A stretch of 64,000 nt of DNA from Promethearchaeia archaeon (GCA_029856145.1 JAHQWK010000001.1:192001-256000), one strand, 5' to 3'. Counted from the first letter of the stretch, positions 1 through 10,640 are shown. Made by a program: numbers and translations. The notes: generated by a model from the letters alone, not told the origin.

Positions 1-1
1 A

Positions 2-67
2 TATAGTTTAACTATAGTGGGCGCGTTATTACTTTTTGTCAACGTATATTATGGTTTCAGAGATTAA
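2..67 (+). CDS. 3' end of a probable membrane protein (partial, runs off window start)
   Basis: Open frame YSLTIVGALLLFVNVYYGFRD-TAA followed by a T-tract. Confidence 0.45.
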   Translation, partial: YSLTIVGALLLFVNVYYGFRD

Positions 68-182
68 ATAATCAATAATTTTTTTTTATTATCTATTTTC
101 TTTTATGAGGAGATTCTTCTTTTTTAATGCCCAATTAAAAATAAAACAATTTTATTAATATTTAAATACTTAAATAATTCAA

Positions 183-344
183 ATGATAACTTTTGAAAAA
201 GATGGTTATGTTTTTGTTTATCGGGTTGCTGGAGTAGCGATTTATGATAATAGAGTTCTTGTACATCGAATTGTCATTGATGATTTCTGGTCATTACCCG
301 GAGGACGATGTGAATTTTTAGCTAAAAATAAGCTAAATGGGTAA
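183..344 (+). pseudogene. Truncated NUDIX hydrolase (N-terminal third only)
   Basis: Hand translation MITFEKDGYVFVYRVAGVAIYDNRVLVHRIVIDDFWSLPGGRCEFLAKNKLNG*; RVAGV...W-LPGG-E is the start of a Nudix fold, but the REUXEE part of the Nudix box is absent. Confidence 0.75.
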
Positions 345-380
345 AATAGCTATTTACTTATAGAGAAATTCCGATTACTT

Positions 381-509
381 ATGTTGAAAAAATGTCATAA
401 ATGTGGAATGATTCGATCAACAAAGGATCTTGTGCTATTAGAGGATGGAAAATATATATGTTTCTCATGTTGGAATGATTATCACAGAGAAAAATCCAAG
501 AAAGAGTGA
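381..509 (+). CDS. 42-aa C4 zinc-finger microprotein (not in ORF track)
   Basis: MLKKCHKCGMIRSTKDLVLLEDGKYICFSCWNDYHREKSKKE*; two CxxC pairs. Confidence 0.65.
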   Translation: MLKKCHKCGMIRSTKDLVLLEDGKYICFSCWNDYHREKSKKE

Positions 510-534
510 TTGCTAATCTATAGCTGATGTTTAT

Positions 535-750
535 TTAATCATAGGATACTAAAAATGTATAATTTTCAAGATCAAACTTCTTTATCTTCATTTCGTCTTT
601 ATTTCTTTTTCTTGGAACGAGAGGTATTTTTATCACTATTTTATAATTTTGCAAATAAAAATTATTATAAAAAACGTTCTTAAATTTATCCCAATCAATG
701 AACTTTTGAATACCAATTTCTTGATCTTCTATTACGGGGATTAAAGACAT
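535..750 (-). CDS. Hypothetical protein (71 aa)
   Basis: ATG-started ORF filling an intergenic gap; no motif recognised. Confidence 0.45.
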   Translation of the reverse strand: MSLIPVIEDQEIGIQKFIDWDKFKNVFYNNFYLQNYKIVIKIPLVPRKRNKDEMKIKKFDLENYTFLVSYD

Positions 751-1138
751 GGATTTATATCTAATTCATATATAGTTTAAATAATTTTAATAATTGCAAA
801 ATCTTCTTTTGCTAACCCTTTTTTCATTATGGATTAATTCTAAAATAACAAAAAGATGGTTATTTCTGAATAATCGCTTAAATCTGGTACCATTTATATT
901 ATAAGAAATTGTATATTTAAATGTTTCTTTAATGCTTTTTAAAGCAAAATTTTCTTTTTACCTTAACTTTATAACTTATTATTAAAGAAATGTTTTACTC
1001 CACGTAAACTCTCTATTAAGTAAGGATTTAAATTATATTAATATATAAATATCGATAGGAAAAACAAGATTTTATCAATATTATTTGATTTTTCGATAAA
1101 TTTTAAAGATCTAACTCTATTTATTTTTAAAAGAAATC

Positions 1139-3115
1139 TTGAAGTTGAATATGGGACCTGGATTTTTTGGAAAAATATTATGGATTAACCTTACTGAAGA
1201 GAAATTTAAAGAAGAATCATTATCTGAAGAACATTATCGTCAATATCTTGGAGGATATGGATTAGCAGTTAAATTAATTTACGAAAATATGTCTGCGAAA
1301 GTTGATCCATTAAGTCCTGATTCTCTTTTTGGTTTTTTTCCAGGTTTATTAACCGGAACTCCCGCACCATTTTCAGGGAGGTATATGGTAGCTGGTAAAT
1401 CTCCTTTAACAAGTACATGGGGAGATGCTAATAGTGGAGGAACTTTTGGTCCAGAGATAAAGAAATGTGGATATGATGCAATTCTATTTAAAGGAGCTGC
1501 TGATAAACCTAAATATATTTCGATAATTGAAGATAGAAAGGAGATTCTAGATGCTTCAGATATTTGGGGATTAGATATAATCGAAGCAGAGTTAAAATTG
1601 AAAGAAAAACATGGTAAATTTATTAAAACAGCAGGAATTGGGCGAGCCGGAGAAGAAATTTCAAGAATTTCGGGTATTGCTAATGATAAGGGGCGAATTG
1701 CCGCTAGAGCTGGATTAGGCGCAATAATGGGTGCAAAAAAATTAAAAACACTTGTTTTAAAGGGAAATAAGAAAATTGAAATTCATAATAGAGATAAGTT
1801 TTTAGATTTAGTTAAAATATACAATAAAAGTAGCACACATAGAGAGCCAAGTAAATTTATACGATCAATTTTGAAAAATGTCCCCAATTTGGCAAAAACT
1901 ATTCGTAGATTTAGAATAGGATTTGCAGGACCACCAAAAATGATAAGAGAAATATATAAATCTTTTGGAACTTGCGTTGCTAACACTATTTCAGCAGAAA
2001 CTAATGATTCTCCAATTAAGAATTGGGGAGGAATTGGGACGTATGATTATCCATTTAAAAAATCAAAAAACTTATCTGCAATTAACATCCAAAATTACAA
2101 AATTAGGGATTACGGATGTTTTAGTTGTCCAGTTCAATGTGGTGGAATTCTAAAAATTCCAGAAATAAATTTAGAAGAAACTCACCTTCCAGAATATGAA
2201 ACTTGTTGTTCTTTTGGTGCCCTCTTACTTAATGATGATTTAATTTCAATCTTCGAGATTAATGAATTATGCAATCGAGCAGCTATAGATACAATATCGA
2301 CAGGTGCAACTATTGCATTTGCAATTGAATGCTTTGAGAATGGTATTTTAACATTAGATGATACAAATGGATTAGAATTAACATGGGGTAATTCAAAAGC
2401 TATTGTTGAACTAGTTAAAATGATAATTAATCGTGAAGGAATCGGAGATATTTTAGCTGACGGAAGTAATATCGCCGCAAAGAAAATAGGGAAGGGTTCC
2501 GAAAAGTTTGCTATAACTTCTTTGGGTTCTGAAATTGCAATGCATAATCCAAGGATTTTCCCTTCATTAGCTTTTACTTACAATTATGATCCAACACCAG
2601 GAAGACATACTGCAGCAAGCATTGATTTTATTGATATTGGACCAATAAACAAATTTCAGAAAGGATTTAAATTACCAAGAGGATGGAAAAGAAATGAGAA
2701 AAAGAAGCAAGAAGGTCAAAAATTAGTTACTTCTTTCCATCAAGTTTTAAGCAGTGTTGGTTTGTGTTTATTTTCAACTTTATTTGGTCCTTATCCTTTT
2801 ATCGATCTCATCAATAACTTTACTGGCTGGGATATTAATGTTGATGAACTAATAACTATTGGATTAAGAATTCAAACATTACGTCAAGCGTTCACTTTAC
2901 GTGAAGAGATAGATATTGCTAATAATAAATTGCCTGGGAGAGTTACTGGTCATCCTCCTGACAAAAGAGGACCAACAAAAGGCATATCCGTTGAATATGA
3001 AGACTTTTATAGAGGATTTTGTAGAGAAATGGGTTGGAATCCTAAAAATGGATTTCCTCTAAAAAAAACTCTTAAAGATCTAGATTTGGAATTTGTTATA
3101 AAGGATTTATATTAA
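1139..3115 (+). CDS. aor: Tungsten-type aldehyde:ferredoxin oxidoreductase family protein
   Basis: KSPLT, GGTFGPEIKKCGYD, AARAGLGAIMGAKKLK, CFSCPVQC, EYET and DTISTG motifs; start may be ATG 1151. Confidence 0.93.
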   Translation: MKLNMGPGFFGKILWINLTEEKFKEESLSEEHYRQYLGGYGLAVKLIYENMSAKVDPLSPDSLFGFFPGLLTGTPAPFSGRYMVAGKSPLTSTWGDANSGGTFGPEIKKCGYDAILFKGAADKPKYISIIEDRKEILDASDIWGLDIIEAELKLKEKHGKFIKTAGIGRAGEEISRISGIANDKGRIAARAGLGAIMGAKKLKTLVLKGNKKIEIHNRDKFLDLVKIYNKSSTHREPSKFIRSILKNVPNLAKTIRRFRIGFAGPPKMIREIYKSFGTCVANTISAETNDSPIKNWGGIGTYDYPFKKSKNLSAINIQNYKIRDYGCFSCPVQCGGILKIPEINLEETHLPEYETCCSFGALLLNDDLISIFEINELCNRAAIDTISTGATIAFAIECFENGILTLDDTNGLELTWGNSKAIVELVKMIINREGIGDILADGSNIAAKKIGKGSEKFAITSLGSEIAMHNPRIFPSLAFTYNYDPTPGRHTAASIDFIDIGPINKFQKGFKLPRGWKRNEKKKQEGQKLVTSFHQVLSSVGLCLFSTLFGPYPFIDLINNFTGWDINVDELITIGLRIQTLRQAFTLREEIDIANNKLPGRVTGHPPDKRGPTKGISVEYEDFYRGFCREMGWNPKNGFPLKKTLKDLDLEFVIKDLY

Positions 3116-3183
3116 AGCTATATTTTTTTTTATAATATATTCAAATAGTTCTTATTGGAATAAATTAATTTAAGACTAATAAT

Positions 3184-3654
3184 ATGCGTGAATTAAACCA
3201 CAATGATTTGAAATCCTTTATTAAGCATGAAATTATTAAAGAGATTAAAAAAATAAGAGGGAAACATTCTCCAATTTCTGAAGTTGTCAACAATGTTTCT
3301 CAATCCTTGCGAGTGGAAAAGATCTATGATTTGAGTAAAAAAGAAAAATATTTTTTCTTACTTATTGCAAGAAATTATAATAAGCAGCCCAAATTAAGGT
3401 ATTTCATAGCTATTTCATTAGCAAATAATAGTTCTGATTTGTTAGTTCAATTTGCACGTGATTTTGTTCTTAAAAGTGATTTAAAATTAATTCAATATTC
3501 CATTTTCCCAAAGACCTTAAGAATTCAATTATTATTGCTAAAAGAACTTAAACTAATTGAAGACTACGCTAATTCTATAGATAAATTTAAAAATTATAGA
3601 AAGGAATTTCGTAGTAACCTAATAAAAGTAAAGAATTTCGTAGAAAATAAATAA
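3184..3654 (+). CDS. Hypothetical protein
   Basis: 156-aa ORF with normal composition between aor and pyk. Confidence 0.7.
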   Translation: MRELNHNDLKSFIKHEIIKEIKKIRGKHSPISEVVNNVSQSLRVEKIYDLSKKEKYFFLLIARNYNKQPKLRYFIAISLANNSSDLLVQFARDFVLKSDLKLIQYSIFPKTLRIQLLLLKELKLIEDYANSIDKFKNYRKEFRSNLIKVKNFVENK

Positions 3655-3745
3655 TTTTTAAGGATAAACATAATAATAATATTAATCATTATGATTTTGA
3701 TTTTAGAATCCGAATTACTTTATAAATAAAAAAAGGTTTATAAAA

Positions 3746-5215
3746 ATGTCATTTAGAGAAAATACAGTGAAGATTGTATCAACTTTAGGTCCTGCGTCAA
3801 GCTCCAAAGAAATGCTTAAAAAACTCATTACTGTAGGAGTAGATATTTTTAGATTAAATTTCTCACATGGGACTCATGATGAAAAAAAAGAGTTAGTAAA
3901 AAGAGTTAGAGAAGTAAGTGAATATACTAAACATACTGGAATTTTAGCTGATATTCAAGGACCAAAAATCCGGGTAGGACAATTTAAAGAAGATCAAGCT
4001 TACAATTTAGGGATCGGTCAAGAAGTAAAAGTTTTTGAAAAAGAAATTGAAGGTGATCAAGATCAATTTTCAATACCCTTGCCAGGTTTTCTTAAATCAA
4101 TGAGAGTAGGGAATTTTTTTTTTGTAAATGATGGAATTATCAAAATCAAGGTCATCAAGAAAGAACAAGATCATATGATAGGAGAAGTTCTTGCAGGTGG
4201 AACGATTAGTAATAGAAAAGGAGTTAATATTCCTGCTGGAGAATTACCTCAAAAAGTCCCTACTGAAAAAGATGTAAAAGATCTTGAATTCATTGCAAAA
4301 ATAGATCCAGAATATGTGGCTATATCATTTGTAGCAGGAGGAGACGATGTTTTACACGTAAAGAGAATACTTGAAAATTATGGAAATTCAAAAATTAAGT
4401 TAATTTCAAAAATTGAGCGCCCAATTGCATTAAAAAACTTCGATCAAATATTAGAAGTTTCAGATGGTATTATGGTTGCTAGAGGTGATTTAGGAGTTGA
4501 AATTGATCCAGATAAAGTACCTCAATGGCAAAAAGAAATGATTTATAAATGTAATCGTGAAGGAAAACCAGTTATCGTGGCGACTCAAATGCTTGAATCA
4601 ATGGTCACCAATCCCATTCCTACCAGAGCTGAGGCTAGTGATGTATATAATGCTGTTATGGATGGAACTGATGCTGTAATGCTTTCAGCAGAAACAGCAG
4701 TGGGAAAATATCCTGTAAATGCTGTTCAATATATGAATCAGATAGCAAAAACTGCTACTGAAAATATGCCTAATAGGGTTCCAGATGAATATGATTCTGA
4801 TAGACTTACTCATACTCAAACTTTAGGACACGCTATATATGCTTTAGCAAAAGAAATGCAAGAATTAAATTTTAGAGGCAAAATTCTAGTAATTACAAGG
4901 AGAGGGTATGGTGCTAGAATGATTGCAAAATATCGACCCCCGTTGCCTATAATTGCCATGACACCATTTAAAAAAACGGCGAGAGAGTTAAGTTTAGTCT
5001 GGGCAGTACAACCTTTTTATATTGAAAACATGGACTTCTTTAATATGGATGCTGAAGAAATAATAGAACAATCCGTCAAACTTGCTGTCGAAAATAAATT
5101 ATTAGATGAGAATGAGCATGTAATAATTTTATTAGTTTCAAGAAAATTTGAACGAAGAGGAAATCTAGTAGGACTTTATTATGTGGGTGAAATTCTCGAA
5201 TCTTCATCTGAGTAA
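3746..5215 (+). CDS. pyk: Pyruvate kinase
   Basis: KIVSTLGPAS, RLNFSHG, DIQGPKIR, KIER, IMVARGDLG, ATQMLESM, PTRAE, DAVMLSAETA. Confidence 0.98.
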   Translation: MSFRENTVKIVSTLGPASSSKEMLKKLITVGVDIFRLNFSHGTHDEKKELVKRVREVSEYTKHTGILADIQGPKIRVGQFKEDQAYNLGIGQEVKVFEKEIEGDQDQFSIPLPGFLKSMRVGNFFFVNDGIIKIKVIKKEQDHMIGEVLAGGTISNRKGVNIPAGELPQKVPTEKDVKDLEFIAKIDPEYVAISFVAGGDDVLHVKRILENYGNSKIKLISKIERPIALKNFDQILEVSDGIMVARGDLGVEIDPDKVPQWQKEMIYKCNREGKPVIVATQMLESMVTNPIPTRAEASDVYNAVMDGTDAVMLSAETAVGKYPVNAVQYMNQIAKTATENMPNRVPDEYDSDRLTHTQTLGHAIYALAKEMQELNFRGKILVITRRGYGARMIAKYRPPLPIIAMTPFKKTARELSLVWAVQPFYIENMDFFNMDAEEIIEQSVKLAVENKLLDENEHVIILLVSRKFERRGNLVGLYYVGEILESSSE

Positions 5216-5395
5216 AAGTATTCGATTATATAACTGAATAAACTCAAGCTTTGTTTATTATCTAACTAATAAAAGTAAGTCATTCCATATTAATATTATA
5301 TTAATCAGTTTGTATAATAATATGTTAAAGACTTTTAGTTATAAAACCAAATACTAATATTTAATCGAATAAAAAATAAAGATTGAGGGAAAAAT

Positions 5396-5806
5396 ATGAG
5401 TACTGAGTGGAGTCACGCAAATTGGGTATCATTTCTAGGAATGATAGCTTGGATCTTAGGAATAATAAGTGGAGTTATCAACATATTATGGGGTATAATA
5501 ACTTTACCTCTTGTTATAATTGGGTTGGGAAATCCTATTTGGCTGATTATAAGCGGAATTTTAGCAATTCTAGTATCTTTTTTTATTATCTTGCCTAAGT
5601 TCTCGATTAAATGTTCTAAAAAAGATTGGGATTCTCTACTTAATTGGGTGTTACCACTGGGAAATATTAGGTTCCCATGGATGCTTATATGGGGAGCTAT
5701 TATGTGCACGTTTGGCTATGGATGGGGGGGGATAGCAATACTAGTCCCTGCATTTGTTTTGTTATTTGCTGGGCCCAAACCATATGATTGGAAAACCCAA
5801 GAATAA
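5396..5806 (+). CDS. Small Trp/Gly-rich integral membrane protein
   Basis: 3-4 hydrophobic segments; GAGG-like SD upstream. Confidence 0.75.
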   Translation: MSTEWSHANWVSFLGMIAWILGIISGVINILWGIITLPLVIIGLGNPIWLIISGILAILVSFFIILPKFSIKCSKKDWDSLLNWVLPLGNIRFPWMLIWGAIMCTFGYGWGGIAILVPAFVLLFAGPKPYDWKTQE

Positions 5807-5891
5807 TCAATAATTTCTTTTTTTTTAATTTTCTTTTATGTGCTAATAAATTTTGAGACTATTATTTTATTTATATAATCTTATTTTTTTG

Positions 5892-5921
5892 TTTCATGCA
5901 ATAACATAATCTCGCATGAAA
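5892..5921. promoter_or_regulatory. Candidate operator TTTCATGC-N14-GCATGAAA
   Basis: Perfect 8-bp inverted repeat between a TATA-like TTTATATA (~5870) and ATG 5927. Confidence 0.4.
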
Positions 5922-5926
5922 TTTGT

Positions 5927-6331
5927 ATGTACAATTCTCTCAAGAAATATAACAATAAAATATATACTGGTATGAGAGTAGGACTCTCTCATCAATGGAA
6001 CTATACAAATGGTAAATGGTATGAAACTAAAAAAGAGCCTGAGAAATGGAGTTTTAAATTTGAGAGTTTAAAAACTAGAATTAATCCTGCGCCAATTAAT
6101 TCTGGTGCTAAGATCAATACACAATTTCACTGGTATATAATTGCTGATCAGATTGCAACCAAAATTGATAATAATTCTTACATGACCTCAATGAAAGGAA
6201 TTAAATTTAAAATAGGGCATAAACGACCATATTGGAAAACCTTTAGTTATAACTATCCAAATCAAAAAAACTATAGAGAACGTTTAATAAAAATTTTAGA
6301 GGAAATTTTAGCTGAACTAAAAAAAGAATAA
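5927..6331 (+). CDS. Conserved hypothetical protein (YTGM-VG-H-W-Y-G-W-E-K family)
   Basis: Aromatic and basic 134-aa ORF; motif resembles a family of uncharacterised proteins I recall from bacteria and archaea. Confidence 0.75.
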   Translation: MYNSLKKYNNKIYTGMRVGLSHQWNYTNGKWYETKKEPEKWSFKFESLKTRINPAPINSGAKINTQFHWYIIADQIATKIDNNSYMTSMKGIKFKIGHKRPYWKTFSYNYPNQKNYRERLIKILEEILAELKKE

Positions 6332-6333
6332 CT

Positions 6334-6615
6334 TTAACTAATTTTTCCTTTATTTTGAGAATTTAGATATTTAATTATTATTGAATTTTCCTCCTTGATT
6401 GATATTTTCCTATCATTTCGACGAATAATAATTTCTTCAATATCTTTTTGTAAAATTGGAGAATTGTATCTTTCCTTAAATATAATAAACTCATTTGAAT
6501 TTGTGCAAAACCTTGTTAATTGAGATTCATTGATTCTTCCTATTCGACTCGTTAAATTACCTGATTTGTGATCTTTAAAAATAATTTCACATAAAACTTC
6601 TACTGCTTTTTTCAT
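6334..6615 (-). CDS. Hypothetical protein (93 aa)
   Basis: ORF co-oriented downstream of the nitroreductase. Confidence 0.55.
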   Translation of the reverse strand: MKKAVEVLCEIIFKDHKSGNLTSRIGRINESQLTRFCTNSNEFIIFKERYNSPILQKDIEEIIIRRNDRKISIKEENSIIIKYLNSQNKGKIS

Positions 6616-6651
6616 GAAATGAATTCTAGTTGAGAGTATTTAAAGAAAAAG

Positions 6652-7179
6652 TTAAAATTGTTCGTAATGAACAAATTCATTGATAGGTTTTCTCTCTTTA
6701 ACTTCACCTTTAGGTTTAATAGGATATCCTAAAGGTGTTAGACCCATTATTTTATACTTTTTAGGGATGTTCAATAATTTTTTAAGTTTTTGCTCGTTAA
6801 ACCAACCAATCCAACATGTCGCTAAACCTTCAGCAGCCGCAGCTAGAATTAGATGTTCGAAGCAAATTCCAAAGTCTACACCGTAATATTTTTCACCACT
6901 TTTATTTATACCAGATCCCACTGTAGAAATCATGCCAATAATAAACATAGGGGCATCAATAAACTTCGTTTCCTGTCCAATTGCTTCCCAAACTGCTTTT
7001 ACATTTTCAGGCTCTTTAACAACGATATAATGCACTCCTTGCATATTTGCCCATGTTGGGGCTAAACGGGCAGCCTCTAAAATTCTTTCAATTTTTTCTT
7101 TTTCAGGCATTTCAGGTTTATAAACTCTGAAACTCCTTCGTTTTTTTACTACTTCGTAAAAGTCCATATTAAATCTCAT
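6652..7179 (-). CDS. Nitroreductase family protein
   Basis: KRRSFRVY, AARLAPTWANMQ, LILAAAAEGLATCWIG, PLGYP. Confidence 0.93.
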   Translation of the reverse strand: MRFNMDFYEVVKKRRSFRVYKPEMPEKEKIERILEAARLAPTWANMQGVHYIVVKEPENVKAVWEAIGQETKFIDAPMFIIGMISTVGSGINKSGEKYYGVDFGICFEHLILAAAAEGLATCWIGWFNEQKLKKLLNIPKKYKIMGLTPLGYPIKPKGEVKERKPINEFVHYEQF

Positions 7180-7277
7180 TTAATTGCTTTATATTTCATT
7201 AACCTAATATTCCTTAAGTTTTGAAATTTTTTCTTTTTTAAAATAAGTTTGAAATATATTTGCTGGTTTAGTCTACG

Positions 7278-8057
7278 TTAATCATCTATCATTCTTTTAT
7301 GGCCCTTTGGACAAATTCCATAAGTACAATCATAAAAACCGTCATCATACTCTTCTCTAGCATCGTAATGTTCCCAACAATAAATTTTATCACATTCAGG
7401 GCAATAAGCATCCAATCCTTCATAACCATGGTGTTTTTCCATAAATTTATGAACGTCCAATAATTTTCTTTTCAATATATATTTAAATAATTCATATGCC
7501 AGTTTAATACTTAAAGATCTTTCATGAGTAATCCCTCGGAAAACTAATGATTCTTTTTCATCAAATCTTCCATATCCAATCTTAAATTCAACAGCAATTT
7601 TACCACACACAGAACAAGGAAGATGATATTCTAAATCAGAAACAATAATAACTTTTTTAATATTCTTCACAATTTCCTTTTCAAATAATGGGTTCTCATA
7701 TATTATCCAAAAGGCATCCCAACACTCCTTAAAATTATTATCAACTCTAATAATCAGGTCTGAGGATTTGTTATTCTTGAATATTTTAAGTTGACTAATG
7801 ATTTTCGATAACAAATTTCTAGCAGTATATAAGAAATTTTTTGAACTCTCAATATCTTTTTTATCTAATTTTAGATTCGTTTCTAAAATTTCCCAACCAG
7901 AATAAATATAATAATAAAAATCCTTTACATCTGAGATCCACAATTCTTTTGTTGAATTGTCTAATTCTTTGAGATTAATTAGATATTTAATAATATCTTC
8001 TTTAATATTTTCTATCTGCTGAACATAATCTCTAACATTAGATATTCTTTCTTTCAT
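7278..8057 (-). CDS. Hypothetical protein with Cys/His-rich C-terminal domain
   Basis: Helical N-half; CSVC, CPEC, CWEH and CPKGH in the C-half. Confidence 0.75.
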   Translation of the reverse strand: MKERISNVRDYVQQIENIKEDIIKYLINLKELDNSTKELWISDVKDFYYYIYSGWEILETNLKLDKKDIESSKNFLYTARNLLSKIISQLKIFKNNKSSDLIIRVDNNFKECWDAFWIIYENPLFEKEIVKNIKKVIIVSDLEYHLPCSVCGKIAVEFKIGYGRFDEKESLVFRGITHERSLSIKLAYELFKYILKRKLLDVHKFMEKHHGYEGLDAYCPECDKIYCWEHYDAREEYDDGFYDCTYGICPKGHKRMIDD

Positions 8058-8087
8058 AGGGATTATAGGTTTATACTCTTTATTTAG

Positions 8088-8573
8088 CTAAGGAATTTTT
8101 TTAAGAGTTTTATTTTCATTCACACTATTAAACAATTGTGTTCCACAATGAATACAATTTTCTTCGTACCATGAGAATGGATAGCCACAATTGGAGCATA
8201 ACCATTGTTCTTTCTGCTGTTTTAACCACTCTTGAAAACCTCTTTCTTTTATTATCTCTAAACTTTGAATAGCGACATTATGATGAGCTACGTTCCTGTT
8301 TTGAAAACTTTTGATTTTTTCACATGGAAAATCTGAACATGTGTTACAGAATTCAATACCTTTGGATTTAGCACAACTTCTAATTTGGCATCCACGAAAA
8401 TTCTCAAATACTAATTCACTTTTACATCCTTGGCACTTAATTTCCTTATCTTCAAGTGGACTAATCCAATCCTCTGATAGACAATCACTACGGCTTTGTT
8501 TATAAGCATTCATGATGAAACAAGCACCACAATAAAGTCCACAATAGGAATCAAATCGAAAAATCATTATCAA
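8088..8573 (-). CDS. DUF3795-type Cys-rich protein
   Basis: CGLYCGAC, CQGC, CQIRSC, FCNTCSDFPC, plus C-terminal CSNC...CIHC; one expected Cys appears as Phe (ENFRGC). Confidence 0.85.
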   Translation of the reverse strand: MIMIFRFDSYCGLYCGACFIMNAYKQSRSDCLSEDWISPLEDKEIKCQGCKSELVFENFRGCQIRSCAKSKGIEFCNTCSDFPCEKIKSFQNRNVAHHNVAIQSLEIIKERGFQEWLKQQKEQWLCSNCGYPFSWYEENCIHCGTQLFNSVNENKTLKKIP

Positions 8574-8823
8574 TCAATTATTAGAATTTTAGATTAAATA
8601 ATAAATAATTAGATCCTCTTTTAATAGATCCATTAGCATAAATTTCATTCTTAATATACTGAATTTTGGAATTATTAATTTATAATTAGATTTTCTTATT
8701 AAATAATTTCTATTTATATTATCTTTAAATAATTTTTAGAAACAATCAATAAATACAATGGAAATGATTGATTAAATAAATCTTATTAAAATTTGAATTA
8801 AAAAAAAAAATTTTGATTGAAAG

Positions 8824-9600
8824 ATGACAAAGAAAGAATATTTTCAGATTTTTAATCTTATTGGGTTTATTGCAACAGTGATTGTTAATTTTTTAGCGGT
8901 TTTATTACCAATTGGTGATATGACTACTCAAGAATTATCGGATGCTATCCCTAACTTATTTGTTCCAGCGGGGATTACATTTTCAATTTGGAGCATCATA
9001 TATATCTTTTTAGGGCTGTTTTCTATCTATCAAATTAGGGATATATTTAAAGAAGATAAAATTGAAATGAAATTTTTAAATGATATCGGATATTTTTTCA
9101 TTCTTGGAAGTTTAGCCAATATCATATGGATATTTGTGTGGCACTATCAACTAGTTCCATTATCTCTAATTTTTATGATAGTTCTATTAGTTTCATTATT
9201 ACTTATTTACATGAAATTAAATATCGGGAAATCAGAAGTTTCTAAAATCGAAAAAATTGCTGTTCATATCCCCTTCAGCATCTATCTGGGATGGATAAGT
9301 GTTGCAACTATAGCTAATATTACCGCGGTGTTAGTTGTTCTTGGAGTAAGTGGTTTTGGTCTATTAGCAGAAATTTTAACTATTATAGTTATTGCTGTGG
9401 TCGTCCTTATCACATTTGCCATGCTTTTGCTACGAAAAGATTGTGCCTATAGTCTAGTTATATTTTGGGCGTTATTAGGGATTTTCATTAAACAAAGTGT
9501 TACTAATTTAACAATCGCTATAGTTGCGTTGATTTCGGGAATTTTAATTATAGTAGGAATCGTCTATATTATTATTCGAGAGAAAATATTGCGTAAATAA
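8824..9600 (+). CDS. TspO/MBR-like tryptophan-rich sensory membrane protein
   Basis: PNLFVPAGITFSIWSIIY, NIIWIFVWH, PFSIYLGWISVATIAN. Confidence 0.85.
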   Translation: MTKKEYFQIFNLIGFIATVIVNFLAVLLPIGDMTTQELSDAIPNLFVPAGITFSIWSIIYIFLGLFSIYQIRDIFKEDKIEMKFLNDIGYFFILGSLANIIWIFVWHYQLVPLSLIFMIVLLVSLLLIYMKLNIGKSEVSKIEKIAVHIPFSIYLGWISVATIANITAVLVVLGVSGFGLLAEILTIIVIAVVVLITFAMLLLRKDCAYSLVIFWALLGIFIKQSVTNLTIAIVALISGILIIVGIVYIIIREKILRK

Positions 9601-9619
9601 TTTTTTTCCTTTTTTTTTT
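9601..9619. terminator. Oligo-T terminator region between convergent genes
   Basis: TTTTTTTCCTTTTTTTTTT directly after stop 9600. Confidence 0.5.
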
Positions 9620-10640
9620 AAACATAATCAGAAATTAGGACTGTAACTATATCATTAATACCATAGTTTTCATCAAAGATTTTTTCTATATTCACTTTCA
9701 TTATCTTTTGGGATTTTTTAAGCAAAAGGCTTGGTAACTGTAATCCATATCTATCTTTTAGGTGAGATATAATTAATTTTAAAGGGATTTCAAGTTTATC
9801 AGAATAATTTTTTCCTTCTAATAAGCCTTGTTTGCAGATTTGAGTAATAGTGGATATGATTTCTTCAGTACATAAAACACTTACATGTTTATCTGTGAAT
9901 CGTGCTAATTTATAGCCTTTTACTTCTATACATAAAATTTTATAACTGGGTATTCTACTAAGAACAGCACTTCTTTTATCTTTATAATACTTATTATATC
10001 CTAAATAATTATAATCAGACTTCTTATGTTCAAAGAATGATGAAAAATGAAGTGCATATGGAGAATCAACTATATTCCTTCCTGACACATTCATATAATA
10101 AATTCGCCCCCCATATAAAGAATGGACTCGTTTTTCCATCCCTAATACACCTATACCCTCTTCATTTTGAGGATTTTTTTTATATGAAACACAAGTTCCA
10201 TGACCATTAAAGATCCATAATGTATAGATGTCTTTATGAGTGTAATTTTTTGTTCGTTCAATTAATTTTCTTTTGCTAATTTGAGAGTTTTGACATTCAA
10301 TAACAACCTTCTTTCCATTTTTTAATTCGAAATATACATCTGCGATTTGATCTCCGATCCTATGCTCAATTTTTTTTGAAAAAATTTGATTAAATCTTGG
10401 AAACATCACATACCAATACGCTTTCATAGTTTTATGTTCTAATGTTTCTGGCTCAAAAAAAAAATCTTTCTCTCCTTTATGTAAAAAGCAATCCAATTCT
10501 TCATTATAAAATAGAGGTTTTTTACAAATTGTACATAGCCAAGTGTATTTTTTAGAATTAGAAGGTAAACCATCTAGTATATTGAAAACCTTTCCTAACT
10601 CAAAATTAAAAGCGCGAACTACCCTTTTGTCCTTTTCCAT
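9618..10640 (-). CDS. CoiA-like PD-(D/E)XK nuclease domain protein
   Basis: CTIC...FLH, EPETLEH, IADVY...VIECQNSQIS...ERTKNY, TLWI. Confidence 0.8.
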   Translation of the reverse strand: MEKDKRVVRAFNFELGKVFNILDGLPSNSKKYTWLCTICKKPLFYNEELDCFLHKGEKDFFFEPETLEHKTMKAYWYVMFPRFNQIFSKKIEHRIGDQIADVYFELKNGKKVVIECQNSQISKRKLIERTKNYTHKDIYTLWIFNGHGTCVSYKKNPQNEEGIGVLGMEKRVHSLYGGRIYYMNVSGRNIVDSPYALHFSSFFEHKKSDYNYLGYNKYYKDKRSAVLSRIPSYKILCIEVKGYKLARFTDKHVSVLCTEEIISTITQICKQGLLEGKNYSDKLEIPLKLIISHLKDRYGLQLPSLLLKKSQKIMKVNIEKIFDENYGINDIVTVLISDYV

